Source: a virus. Taken from it: a DNA stretch of 64,000 nucleotides. Each line of letters starts with the position of its first letter. The first letter of the stretch is position 1. Under the pieces are notes generated by a model. It was not told the origin of the DNA and did not search any database. It saw only the letters and a list, made by a program, of their open reading frames with translations. The stretch spans positions 64,001-128,000 of IMG/VR virus record IMGVR_UViG_3300048014_000057; one strand, given 5' to 3'. Shown here piece by piece: positions 16,993-26,120 of the stretch. Both the position numbers and the translations under genes were made by a program.

Positions 16993-19929
16993 ATGGCAGA
17001 AGAAACAAAAACATCAACATTTCGACAGATATTAGCAGAACACGGCTCACAAATATTTGCAACAGCATTTCCAGGAGCTTCTAAATTATTAGAAATTGGT
17101 TCTCAATATATAAATTCTGGTGGTGATACTAGAGAAAAAGAAGAAAGGGAAATTTCTAGAGAAAGAGAAAAACAATCTCGTTCTAGTGCCGCAACTTCAA
17201 AACTCGCGACTATTATGGATGAAGGTTTTAATAAAATTGATGATAGATTAAATATGACTAATATTGTTTTAAATCAATCCAAAGAATTACAAATTATAAA
17301 TAATAAATTACTTGAAAAATTTCTTGAAAATGTTGGTTATGGTGGTGGATTTGGTGGTGGATTTGGTGGTGGATTTGGTGGTGGATTCGGGGGAATGGGT
17401 TTTGGTGGTGGATTTGGTGGAAATAATCTTCTTAGTAATCCTGCTGTAGATATTGGAATATGGGAAATAGGAAAAAAACTTCTAGGAAAATCAGGTGAAT
17501 TTTTAAAAAATTTATCAAGATTTTTAGGTCCTTTAGGTATAGCTGCTGAAATTATGGACCCTTCTCCTACAGGAATTGGTAAAGGAGAAGATATAGATTC
17601 TATAAAAAAAAATATGGAAAGAAATCAAAGAAAACTTTTTGGTGATCTTGATTTTGATAAAAATTCAGATGACGGTTCTTTAGAACAAAAAAGACAATTA
17701 GAAATAAAAGCAAAAGAAGATGCCTTAAAATTAACTATTGATAATTTAAATAATACAATTCTTATATTAAAAGATACAATAGAAAAAACCAAAAATAGTG
17801 GAGGAAATACTGATTCTCTTCAATTACAATTAAAACAAAATGAAAATACATTATCTCAATTAAATAAATCTTATAATGATCTAGAATCTTCTAAAAATAC
17901 ACCTTTAAAAAATTCTACTATTGAAGAAATAAAACCTAATTCTTTTAATAATCCAAATATACCTCCTGTTCTTTCAAATGGTAGAAGTATATTTGGTACT
18001 GCAACTCCTTCACCAACTTATCCCTCCGATCCAAATAATTTAGGAATTCCTCATTTTGGTCCGCCCGGTTATCGTAGTAATGCTCCCATTGTAAGAAATA
18101 GTGGATCAAGATTAGAAAGACATGCTGGTGGACAACCAACTATTGAAAATGAAAATTCTAAAACACCAGAATTAAATGGTGAAGATGTAGTTAAACATCT
18201 AGAAAAAATGAGAGATGCAGGATTTATCACTAATGAAGAATGTGTTACTTTAGGAATGGCTGCTGCTGGTATAAAATATGGAAGTGGAACGCCAGGATCA
18301 TTTACTACACAATGGAAAAAAGGTGGTACGGATTATGAAAAAATGGCTAATGGTTCTGTTGCTGCATCATTTTTAAATGTTGATGGAAGTCCTGCTAATA
18401 TATATGGTGGACCACAAGGAGGTAGACATGCAAAAGATGTAGAGGCTATGAATGGTGGTCAAGGAGGAACTGATCATGTTATTGTTAAAAAATCAAATCA
18501 TTATGATAAAGATGGAAAATTTGATGGTTGGAATGCTATAGAACAATATAGAGGACAACCTATGCATGAAAGATTTATGCCTTTAAATGGTGGTTTTGGT
18601 GAAAATTCTTTAAAGAATTATAATGAAGTATTAGGACCAGATGGTGAAGTTTTAGGTGGTCGTAAAAATTTTGATTATGCTCGTCTACATCCTAATCAAA
18701 ATTCTAATATTTCTGGTGATTATTCAAATGATGCAAGGCATAATGCAGAAACTTATTTGGGAAGAAAAATGTCAGATGATGAATATGATCAATTAATTAG
18801 AGCAACAAGTGCTGAAGCAGGGGGCGGAATAAAAGGAAAAGGTGATACTACAGAACAAGCTATGATTATGGCTTCCATTCTTAATAGAGCTAAAAAATTG
18901 GGACCTGATGGTGTAATTACAGCTTTACATGCCCGTAATCAATTTCAATCTGTTACAGGAAGAGATGGACGTACACCTTCTCCTAATTTTATTAATGGAC
19001 CAAGTGATACAAGAAAATTTAATATTGAAGAAGCTGCTGCCAAAAAATTACCATTTATATCAACAGAACAATTAAATTTTACTGCTGCATCTGATGCCGC
19101 ATATGGCCCAGGAAAAAATATAAGTTATAGAGATAAAATGTTAGCTGATGGTGGAAGTGTAATTGGGGGTTCTGTTTTTAACACATCACCACCAAATGAA
19201 TTTCCTGAAATAAAAAATTCTAATTCTAAAGCTGATCTTGCTTTTGGAGATTCTACCGTTCATGGTTTAGGACTTCCTGGGGATTCAAAAGATAAAAGAC
19301 ATACACGAGATAGTAAAGCAGCACTTGAAGAATATTTAAAAACTAATAGTGTAGAAGGAAAAAATGTTGTTATTTCTGGTGTATCTAATAATGCCGATGA
19401 AAATGGATTTAAAGATGTAAAAGATATGGCTAATATTTTAAAAAAAGCTGGTGCTCATGTTAATATTCTTGGAGAAGGAAAAAGAGCCGATCTTGCTAAA
19501 TGGAATCCTGAATTAGAAAAATTTGCCAAAGATAATGGTATGTTATTCACACCAATGATAGATAATCAAAGACCAGATAATGTACATCCGGCCAATTATA
19601 AAGAACAATTAACAGAAATAAATAAAAAATTTACAGAAACAAATAAGAATCAACTTTCAGCAACACAAATATCAGCACAACAAAAACAACAAATGTTATT
19701 TCATACTCAACAAAATATGGATGCTGCACGAATTTCCAAGGCTGCAATCGAAAGAAGTACAAAATCAGGATTTACACCAAATGTTAATACTTTATATGAT
19801 GGAAATAAAGAAAAATCTTTTTTTGAAAGAAATCCTGCCAAAGAAAAGAAAGAAGTTGGTGATCCAAAAGCTGCTTCTACAAGAGTGAGTCAATTATTTA
19901 CTGGATATGGTGGCATAGGACATAATTAG
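16993..19929 (+). CDS. Large virion (baseplate hub / tape-measure-like) protein with multiple cell-wall-degrading domains
   Basis: Coiled coils; GGGF repeat; Cys/His amidase-like domain (ECVTL..W..G..DH..EQY); SleB/Hydrolase_2-like domain (AEAGG, ILNRA, NQFQSV); SGNH-like domain (FGDS, DNVHP). Confidence 0.72.
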   Translation: MAEETKTSTFRQILAEHGSQIFATAFPGASKLLEIGSQYINSGGDTREKEEREISREREKQSRSSAATSKLATIMDEGFNKIDDRLNMTNIVLNQSKELQIINNKLLEKFLENVGYGGGFGGGFGGGFGGGFGGMGFGGGFGGNNLLSNPAVDIGIWEIGKKLLGKSGEFLKNLSRFLGPLGIAAEIMDPSPTGIGKGEDIDSIKKNMERNQRKLFGDLDFDKNSDDGSLEQKRQLEIKAKEDALKLTIDNLNNTILILKDTIEKTKNSGGNTDSLQLQLKQNENTLSQLNKSYNDLESSKNTPLKNSTIEEIKPNSFNNPNIPPVLSNGRSIFGTATPSPTYPSDPNNLGIPHFGPPGYRSNAPIVRNSGSRLERHAGGQPTIENENSKTPELNGEDVVKHLEKMRDAGFITNEECVTLGMAAAGIKYGSGTPGSFTTQWKKGGTDYEKMANGSVAASFLNVDGSPANIYGGPQGGRHAKDVEAMNGGQGGTDHVIVKKSNHYDKDGKFDGWNAIEQYRGQPMHERFMPLNGGFGENSLKNYNEVLGPDGEVLGGRKNFDYARLHPNQNSNISGDYSNDARHNAETYLGRKMSDDEYDQLIRATSAEAGGGIKGKGDTTEQAMIMASILNRAKKLGPDGVITALHARNQFQSVTGRDGRTPSPNFINGPSDTRKFNIEEAAAKKLPFISTEQLNFTAASDAAYGPGKNISYRDKMLADGGSVIGGSVFNTSPPNEFPEIKNSNSKADLAFGDSTVHGLGLPGDSKDKRHTRDSKAALEEYLKTNSVEGKNVVISGVSNNADENGFKDVKDMANILKKAGAHVNILGEGKRADLAKWNPELEKFAKDNGMLFTPMIDNQRPDNVHPANYKEQLTEINKKFTETNKNQLSATQISAQQKQQMLFHTQQNMDAARISKAAIERSTKSGFTPNVNTLYDGNKEKSFFERNPAKEKKEVGDPKAASTRVSQLFTGYGGIGHN
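17341..17420 (+). repeat. 12-bp tandem repeat (ggtggtggattt)n encoding GGGF
   Basis: At least four consecutive units plus degenerate copies. Confidence 0.9.
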
Positions 19930-19941
19930 GAGAATATAAAA

Positions 19942-20544
19942 ATGAAAATTAGATTTATTGGCGATATCCACGGTGATATAGAAACTTGGAAAAAGATAAC
20001 TTCTGATTGTGATAATTCAATTCAATTAGGAGATTTTGGTGCAGGATTTATTGAAATTCCACTAGAAAATGATGTTTGTTTATCTCACAAATTTATAAGA
20101 GGAAATCATGATAATCCAGAAATTTGTAGAAAAAATTCTAGATGGATTGAGGATGGTTACTATGATGAAAAACATAGAATAATGTTTGTTGGTGGGGCTT
20201 TATCTATCGACAAAAATTTAAGAACACCTTATAAAGATTGGTGGCCTGATGAAGAATTATCTTACGTAGAATTTCAGAATTTAATTGATAAATATGTAAA
20301 TTTAAAACCAGAAGTCATGGTAACGCATGATTGTCCAAAATCTATTTACTCAATATTTCCATATAAAAATTATTTTCCTTCTATTACTATCGAAGCTTTC
20401 GAATATATGTTTTTTTATCATAAACCTAAATTATGGTTATTTGGACATCATCATGAAAATAAAAATAAAATAGTAGAAGGAACACAATTTATTTGTGTAG
20501 ATATTAATAATTATGTTGATGTTGACTTTCCAGAATATGTATGA
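19942..20544 (+). CDS. Calcineurin-like metallophosphoesterase
   Basis: GDIHG, LGDFG, RGNHD, THDCP, GHHH. Confidence 0.88.
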   Translation: MKIRFIGDIHGDIETWKKITSDCDNSIQLGDFGAGFIEIPLENDVCLSHKFIRGNHDNPEICRKNSRWIEDGYYDEKHRIMFVGGALSIDKNLRTPYKDWWPDEELSYVEFQNLIDKYVNLKPEVMVTHDCPKSIYSIFPYKNYFPSITIEAFEYMFFYHKPKLWLFGHHHENKNKIVEGTQFICVDINNYVDVDFPEYV

Positions 20545-20580
20545 TATTATAAGAAATAACACAAGCAAGGGAAAATAAAA

Positions 20581-20766
20581 ATGGAAAAAGATAACAGTAT
20601 TCATGCATCAATCCATCATTCCGATAGAGATATTGGAAAAGAAAAGGAAAAAGATAACAGTATTCATACATCAATCCATCATTCCGATAGAGATATTGGA
20701 AAAGAAAAGGAAAAAGTATCAAAATTGTCGGATAAAATTAAAAAAGTTCTTAAACCAAAATCATAA
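20581..20766 (+). CDS. Small protein with a 21-aa tandem duplication
   Basis: 63-bp repeat starting at 20583 and 20646, differing at one position; EKDNSIH(A/T)SIHHSDRDIGKEK twice. Confidence 0.6.
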   Translation: MEKDNSIHASIHHSDRDIGKEKEKDNSIHTSIHHSDRDIGKEKEKVSKLSDKIKKVLKPKS

Positions 20767-20946
20767 AGGATTATTTCTTCTATTGGCTTCTTCAATTTCT
20801 TTATTAATTTTATTAACCATTTGAATGTAAATTGTGCGTTCAAATGGTATCATATTTTCTAATTCTTCAAGAGAATATCCATGATGATGTTGTAGAGAAA
20901 AATTTGTAGAATAATAAGAAGATAGATTATTATGTATTAAAGATAT
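20761..20946 (-). CDS. gp51-like baseplate hub assembly ORF with no ATG start; probable -1 frameshift extension of gp26
   Basis: NNLSSYYSTNFSLQHHHGYSLEELENMIPFERTIYI, typical of the small ORF after gp26 in T4-like phages. Confidence 0.78.
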   Translation of the reverse strand: MSLIHNNLSSYYSTNFSLQHHHGYSLEELENMIPFERTIYIQMVNKINKEIEEANRRNNPL

Positions 20947-21641
20947 AAAAAAAAATCCATAAGAGAATTAAAAGTAAGACTTCTTATAGTACCTAATTTA
21001 TTAGTATATTGAACCGTATATTTGACGGAAGGAGTCGAAAGAAGAAATTCTTCTATTTTTCTAAAGGTTTTAATATCTAAATTATCCATGAATTCTCTTT
21101 TTTCGTCCATTGTTAATTCTAATAATTCATCTTTATTGTAAATATTTTCAATACATCTAACAACTAATTCAAACAAACCATCCTTTTTAAGTCTTGCCTG
21201 AAAATCATCAGAATCATAAATAGAGGCTTCTGGATATTTCATTACAATAGTAATATTATTATCTACTTTAATGTTATTATCTGGGGGATTGTCTTGAAAA
21301 TTAACTTTAATATCATCAAAATTAATTTTTAAAGAATATTTTTCTTTATCCTGATCGTCCTGAATCTCTATTGTTTCTATTGAATTTACTGATTTTGATC
21401 TTAGTTGTAAAAATAGATATTCAAGATCAAACATAGGAATAGAGTTAATATTAAAATCTGGTTCTTGACAACAAACCTTAACAACATCTTTAATGGCTTT
21501 AAAAATATCATTAATATTTTTAGATTCTTTGGCAAATAAAAGAATTTTTTCTTCTTTAACGAGAAATCGACGAAAATATAAATCTTTTTTATTAGAAGGT
21601 TGATTAATTAAAAATGTTGGGTAAATTAATTGTGGTATTAT
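20937..21641 (-). CDS. gp26: Baseplate hub assembly protein (gp26-like), ATA start
   Basis: The frame extends 69 codons above the track ATG: IIPQLIYPTF...FRRFLVKEEKILLFAKES; FDLEYLFLQLRSKSV; ends DFFLYL; SD AGGAG 8 nt before the ATA. Confidence 0.85.
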   Translation of the reverse strand: MIPQLIYPTFLINQPSNKKDLYFRRFLVKEEKILLFAKESKNINDIFKAIKDVVKVCCQEPDFNINSIPMFDLEYLFLQLRSKSVNSIETIEIQDDQDKEKYSLKINFDDIKVNFQDNPPDNNIKVDNNITIVMKYPEASIYDSDDFQARLKKDGLFELVVRCIENIYNKDELLELTMDEKREFMDNLDIKTFRKIEEFLLSTPSVKYTVQYTNKLGTIRSLTFNSLMDFFLYL

Positions 21642-21652
21642 TTTAAAATCTC

Positions 21653-22273
21653 CTAATTCTGAAATTCTACTGCAAATTCTCTATAAGTAAATGTAATATC
21701 TAATTTTAAAAGATTATCAGTTTTATCCCATGATAAAGGAGTTTCTGAAAATAATATTGGTTTGGCTCTATAGGCATTGACGATTTTAATCAGATTTCCC
21801 GAAAGGTCATATGTATTTATATTTATTACCTGAGAACAAATATCATCTTCATAGGCGGAAGTATAATTTGGAACAGAATAATTTAAAGCTCCATTTTGTG
21901 TGGTTTGAGAATTATTATATATTTCTGCAAAATTATATATGGAATTTATCCATTCATAAAAAAACTGATATATTAATCCATATTTATCTGTTAGAAATGA
22001 CATTTCCAAATTACCAAATACAGCATTATAAGGTTGTTTAATTATTGGACCCATACCATATCTTCTTGATTCTGTAGATTGTAATCCTATTGCAGGCGAT
22101 GTAACACTTTGGGCTCGCATTTGTAGAATTTGCGGTAATCCTGCTAAATTTCCATTGGTTATAGTTTGATTGCCTAAAATATTAGGAAGTGAAATTAAAA
22201 TATCAAATTTATTAGAAGAAGAATATCCATAAGTTTTTAAATTTGAAAGAAACTGATTTACATCAAAAGCCAT
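21653..22273 (-). CDS. Baseplate tail-tube initiator (gp54 / gp19-fold)
   Basis: F.......GY...NKF, FFYEW.N.I, Y.DD...V.I..YD, L.ITFTYR. Confidence 0.7.
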   Translation of the reverse strand: MAFDVNQFLSNLKTYGYSSSNKFDILISLPNILGNQTITNGNLAGLPQILQMRAQSVTSPAIGLQSTESRRYGMGPIIKQPYNAVFGNLEMSFLTDKYGLIYQFFYEWINSIYNFAEIYNNSQTTQNGALNYSVPNYTSAYEDDICSQVININTYDLSGNLIKIVNAYRAKPILFSETPLSWDKTDNLLKLDITFTYREFAVEFQN

Positions 22274-22292
22274 TAGAAATTATCCTTATATA

Positions 22293-22892
22293 TCATATAC
22301 TTAATAAACTCATGGCCCAGACATAATCGGAGGATTTCTTTTTGAATTTTTCTGTTGGTAAAAGTGCTGTATAATACCAATTAACAGGTTTTATATATTG
22401 AAAAGAACTTCTAACATGAGAAAATAAATATCTATGAACACAAGGTTTAAATAATTTAAATCGAGAAGCACTTGTAAGAATAGAATAATTTATTTTTAAT
22501 TTACTTGTATTGTCATATTTTTGATTATTTAATGTTTCTGAAATTCTGGTCATTAATATTGATCTCATTCCTGGTGGAAGATAATGAATATTTATTCCTA
22601 AAAATCCATCTTTATATAATTCAATAGGAAAAACGAGTGGAAAAATGTCATAATATTTAAGAGTTCCTTTATGTTTAGGATCATAGGCATAAAAATACAT
22701 TTTTCCTATTGAATTAATAGATAAATTATCCATATTTTCAAATGGACCAGCATTTTTTTGTAAATTTTTGCCAGTAGCCTTTTTGGTGTTATAGGCTTGA
22801 TTATAAAACCAATCACGAGCTTTTTTACTATCTTTTCTTAAATCGATATTATTAATACCGGCTTCTTTTGCAAGTTTTTCAAATGACCACAC
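22293..22892 (-). CDS. gp2: DNA end protector protein
   Basis: GKMYFYAYDPKHK..L.YYD.FPL, GFLGINIHYLPP, PCVHRYL. Confidence 0.93.
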   Translation of the reverse strand: MWSFEKLAKEAGINNIDLRKDSKKARDWFYNQAYNTKKATGKNLQKNAGPFENMDNLSINSIGKMYFYAYDPKHKGTLKYYDIFPLVFPIELYKDGFLGINIHYLPPGMRSILMTRISETLNNQKYDNTSKLKINYSILTSASRFKLFKPCVHRYLFSHVRSSFQYIKPVNWYYTALLPTEKFKKKSSDYVWAMSLLSI

Positions 22893-23019
22893 TGAAAATT
22901 TTCCTTTTTCTATATTTATTATTTTTTTGAAAAAGGATTTGACAACTTTCTCATAGAAGAGTAAGAAATAGGAAATGGAGACAAAATATGGAAAATGATA
23001 AAAAATTAGGAGATAAAAA

Positions 23020-23388
23020 ATGGATAAGTCTTTAAAAGAAAAGTGGATTAAAAAACTTACTTCTGGTAAATATCGTCAATGTCAAAATAGTTTAAAGAAA
23101 GAAACTCGTGATGGTGGAGTTAGTTTTTGTTGTTTAGGAATTTTAGCAGAATGTATTGATCCTGACTATTTTACAGAAGAAAAATTTAAATATCAAAATA
23201 ATAGAACTAAAGCATTTGTTCCAAATTCTAAATATTTCCCATCTTTTGTAAATATTGGTATGTTACCTGATTTTATTTTAAATAAAATTAGGTTAATCTC
23301 AGAACAACAAAATATATTAATAGAAATGAATGATAATAAGGGTAAAAAATTTAAAACAATTGCTAAATGGATTGAAGAAAATCTATAA
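23020..23388 (+). CDS. Hypothetical phage protein
   Basis: W...L.SG.Y.Q, FCCLG, MND...F..IA.WIE. Confidence 0.75.
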   Translation: MDKSLKEKWIKKLTSGKYRQCQNSLKKETRDGGVSFCCLGILAECIDPDYFTEEKFKYQNNRTKAFVPNSKYFPSFVNIGMLPDFILNKIRLISEQQNILIEMNDNKGKKFKTIAKWIEENL

Positions 23389-23398
23389 ATAAAATAAT

Positions 23399-23490
23399 GC
23401 GGGATTAGTGTAATGGTAGCACACGGTCCTTATAAGGCCGCATCGCCAGATTAGCGAGTAGTAAAAGTTCGAATCTTTTATCCCGTACCA
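23399..23490 (+). tRNA. tRNA-Ile(TAT) with long variable arm
   Basis: Acceptor gcgggat/atcccgt, D-stem gtgt/gcac, arm cggtc-ctTATaa-ggccg, V-arm tcgc/gcga, TTCGAAT, CCA; TATAAATA at 23384-23391. Confidence 0.88.
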
Positions 23491-23514
23491 ATTAAAAAAA
23501 TTAAGGAGATTTAT

Positions 23515-23946
23515 ATGGAAGATTATATTTTACCAGCAGGAAAATATTTAATAGGTGATCCTTGTTATTTTTTTTCTGATAAACCACATGAAGATTGGTT
23601 AAATTTTTTAGAACAAAATGATTTTCTTGATAATGAAGGAAAAGGGGTATTAACAGGAACCGATTTATCTGTAGTTGTTTTTGGAACAAAATATGGTGAT
23701 GGACTTTATAAAGATGAATATAACAATGAATATGGTGTAGATTCTGGATTAATTGGTATTATTCCTTATACAGAGGAAAGTGATATTCCTTCTTTAATGC
23801 ATTTAATACAATTTGATAAGGATTTTGAATGTATTAATAATAATGGATATTTACATTTTGGTGACATTGTTATTGACACAGTTCAAGACTATCATTATGA
23901 TTATACCGATGAAACCGAAGATGAAGGAGTATGGGATGAACCATGA
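23515..23946 (+). CDS. Hypothetical phage protein (GDPCY / GDG.Y / VDSGLIG family)
   Basis: SD AAGGAG and recurrent motifs. Confidence 0.75.
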   Translation: MEDYILPAGKYLIGDPCYFFSDKPHEDWLNFLEQNDFLDNEGKGVLTGTDLSVVVFGTKYGDGLYKDEYNNEYGVDSGLIGIIPYTEESDIPSLMHLIQFDKDFECINNNGYLHFGDIVIDTVQDYHYDYTDETEDEGVWDEP

Positions 23947-24036
23947 AATTATTGGTCGTTATGACTCACTTTTTAATGCCTTTTTTTATGGTTATTATGA
24001 AGGAACAAAATTCGTAATTCTCTATGCAATAATATT

Positions 24037-24300
24037 TTGAAAGGATTTAGAATGTTAAATTTTGGGGAATGTTTTCTCATTTTATCTAAAGAAAATAATG
24101 ATTATAAAATTTTAAATACTATTTATCCTCATAATATGGTATATGAGGATAAAAAACTTCTTGGTCTTCTTATACAAGTTAGAAGAAATGTTACACAATG
24201 GTATGATAACTATTTTAAAAATAAGAATGATCAACTTTGTGTTGGTATTGGGGAAAAAGATTTATCTGATGGGCAATATAAAATTTTAAGACTTATTTAA
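24037..24300 (+). CDS. Hypothetical protein
   Basis: ORF in operon; start uncertain. Confidence 0.55.
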   Translation: MKGFRMLNFGECFLILSKENNDYKILNTIYPHNMVYEDKKLLGLLIQVRRNVTQWYDNYFKNKNDQLCVGIGEKDLSDGQYKILRLI

Positions 24301-24321
24301 AATAAATAGGAGACAAGGAAA

Positions 24322-24714
24322 TTGAATATAATTAAAGAAATAGAAAATATTAACAAAAAAATAAATTTCCTTGTTTCTTTATTTTCAAACAATTCCGGAG
24401 GAAATACAATGATAGATTTATCACAATTAGAAAAAGAAGTAGAAAATGCAATTAATCTTGCAAAATTAGCAGGAGATAAAATCCTTTCTAATATAGAAAC
24501 AAAGGCAAGTGAAGATGCTGCTACTATTGCTAAAATTGCAAATTTACATATTACATTAAGTTCTGCCATGGCTAATTTAAATTTTATTATTTCTAATAAT
24601 GTTATTCATGGAGAAGGTGTATTATTAAATGTTGTAGATTTTACAAAACAAATTCCTCACGATATCGAAGTAGGAGTAGAAAATCTAGTTGATGAAGTTA
24701 AAAAGATAATTTAA
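24322..24714 (+). CDS. Hypothetical protein (possible second start at 24409 with GGAGG SD)
   Basis: ORF track and SD motifs. Confidence 0.6.
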   Translation: MNIIKEIENINKKINFLVSLFSNNSGGNTMIDLSQLEKEVENAINLAKLAGDKILSNIETKASEDAATIAKIANLHITLSSAMANLNFIISNNVIHGEGVLLNVVDFTKQIPHDIEVGVENLVDEVKKII

Positions 24715-24767
24715 TTTATAACATTGGGTGACATATACGAAAAAAGAATAGAACATATTCTTTCGAA

Positions 24768-25067
24768 TTGTTATTTAAACATGGTGAAACTTGTCCTTAT
24801 TGTAATAAAATTATAAAAATTAATTTTAATAATAAAAATGCACATAATGAAAAAAATTTTCCCACAAGAGATCATGTTATTCCTAAATCTGTAATGCCTG
24901 GACAACCCAGAATAATTGTATGTAGAGAATGTAATCAAAATAAAGATAAAAAAACATTATTAGAATGGTATCATAAATTAAAAAATAATAATGATATTAG
25001 AAAAGATATTATCAAAGAACATTTAAAAAGAAGTGGTTATAAAAAGGAAGATATAGAAAATGAATGA
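24768..25067 (+). CDS. Small HNH endonuclease
   Basis: CPYC...TRDHVIPKS...CRECN..K; may start 11 codons upstream at an ATA. Confidence 0.82.
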   Translation: MLFKHGETCPYCNKIIKINFNNKNAHNEKNFPTRDHVIPKSVMPGQPRIIVCRECNQNKDKKTLLEWYHKLKNNNDIRKDIIKEHLKRSGYKKEDIENE

Positions 25068-26118
25068 TATAGTAAGAAAACTAGCAAGTATTCGTCGTAT
25101 TGCAGAAATTAAACCAATCGAAGGTGCTGATAAAATTGTTGCTTATAGAGTTGACGGATGGTGGGTAGTTTCACAAAAAGATGCTTTTAATGTTGGAGAC
25201 CTAGTTTTATATTTTGAGATTGATTCGTTTTTAAATGTAAGACCAGAATTCGAATTTCTTAGGAAAAATTCTTTTAAATCTACTAAAAATTTAGGAGATG
25301 GTTTTAGAATTAAAACTATTAAACTTAAAGGTCAAATTTCCCAAGGATTAATTCTTCCTATAACTGATTTTCAAGAATTTTTACAAACAAATCAAGACGG
25401 ACAAAAATTAATTGAATTTCTTAATGAAGGTGATAATGTTACTGAAATTCTTGGAATTCAAAAATATGAAAAGCCAATTCCATCTTGTCTTCAAGGAACA
25501 GTAAAAGGTAATTTTCCTTCATTTATTAGAAAAACTGATCAAGAACGATATCAAAATCTATCAGAAAAAGAAAAAAATTGTTATAAAAATATTCCATTTG
25601 AAGTTACTGTTAAAATGGATGGTTCTTCTATGACTGTTTATTATAAAGATGGAGATTTTGGTGTATGTTCCAGAAATCTTGATCTTAAAGATGATACAGA
25701 AAATCTTTATTGGAAAATTGCTAAAGAATTAAAACTAAAAGAAAAATTAGAAAAACTGCAATATAATATTGCATTACAAATGGAACTTTGTGGACCAGGA
25801 ATTCAAGGAAATCCACAAAAATTAGATACACATAAAGTTTTTATATTTGATATCTATGATATTAATTGTCAAAGATACTTTTCTCCATATGAAAGATATA
25901 TAATTTTAGAAAAATTAAATCTTTTATTTAATATTGTTCCTATATTAGGAATAAATTATTTTGGAGAAAATATTTTCGATCATGAAAAAATTCATATGAT
26001 AGCAGATAACACTAGATATAATAATATTCCTGCAGAAGGAGTTGTATTTAAATCAATGCGTGGCAGATATTCATTTAAAATGATAAGTAATGTATATTTG
26101 TTAAAAGAGAAAGATTAA
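25060..26118 (+). CDS. RNA ligase, DRB0094 family
   Basis: RKLASIRRI..I.PI.GAD.I, YFEIDS, SQGL, KTDQER, KMDGSS, EGVVFK, FKMISN.YL. Confidence 0.9.
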   Translation: MNDIVRKLASIRRIAEIKPIEGADKIVAYRVDGWWVVSQKDAFNVGDLVLYFEIDSFLNVRPEFEFLRKNSFKSTKNLGDGFRIKTIKLKGQISQGLILPITDFQEFLQTNQDGQKLIEFLNEGDNVTEILGIQKYEKPIPSCLQGTVKGNFPSFIRKTDQERYQNLSEKEKNCYKNIPFEVTVKMDGSSMTVYYKDGDFGVCSRNLDLKDDTENLYWKIAKELKLKEKLEKLQYNIALQMELCGPGIQGNPQKLDTHKVFIFDIYDINCQRYFSPYERYIILEKLNLLFNIVPILGINYFGENIFDHEKIHMIADNTRYNNIPAEGVVFKSMRGRYSFKMISNVYLLKEKD

Positions 26119-26120
26119 AA

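Noticed and set aside
20583-20716. CRISPR-like array
   Set aside because: Two abutting 63-bp units with no spacers, in frame within an ORF, and no cas genes.
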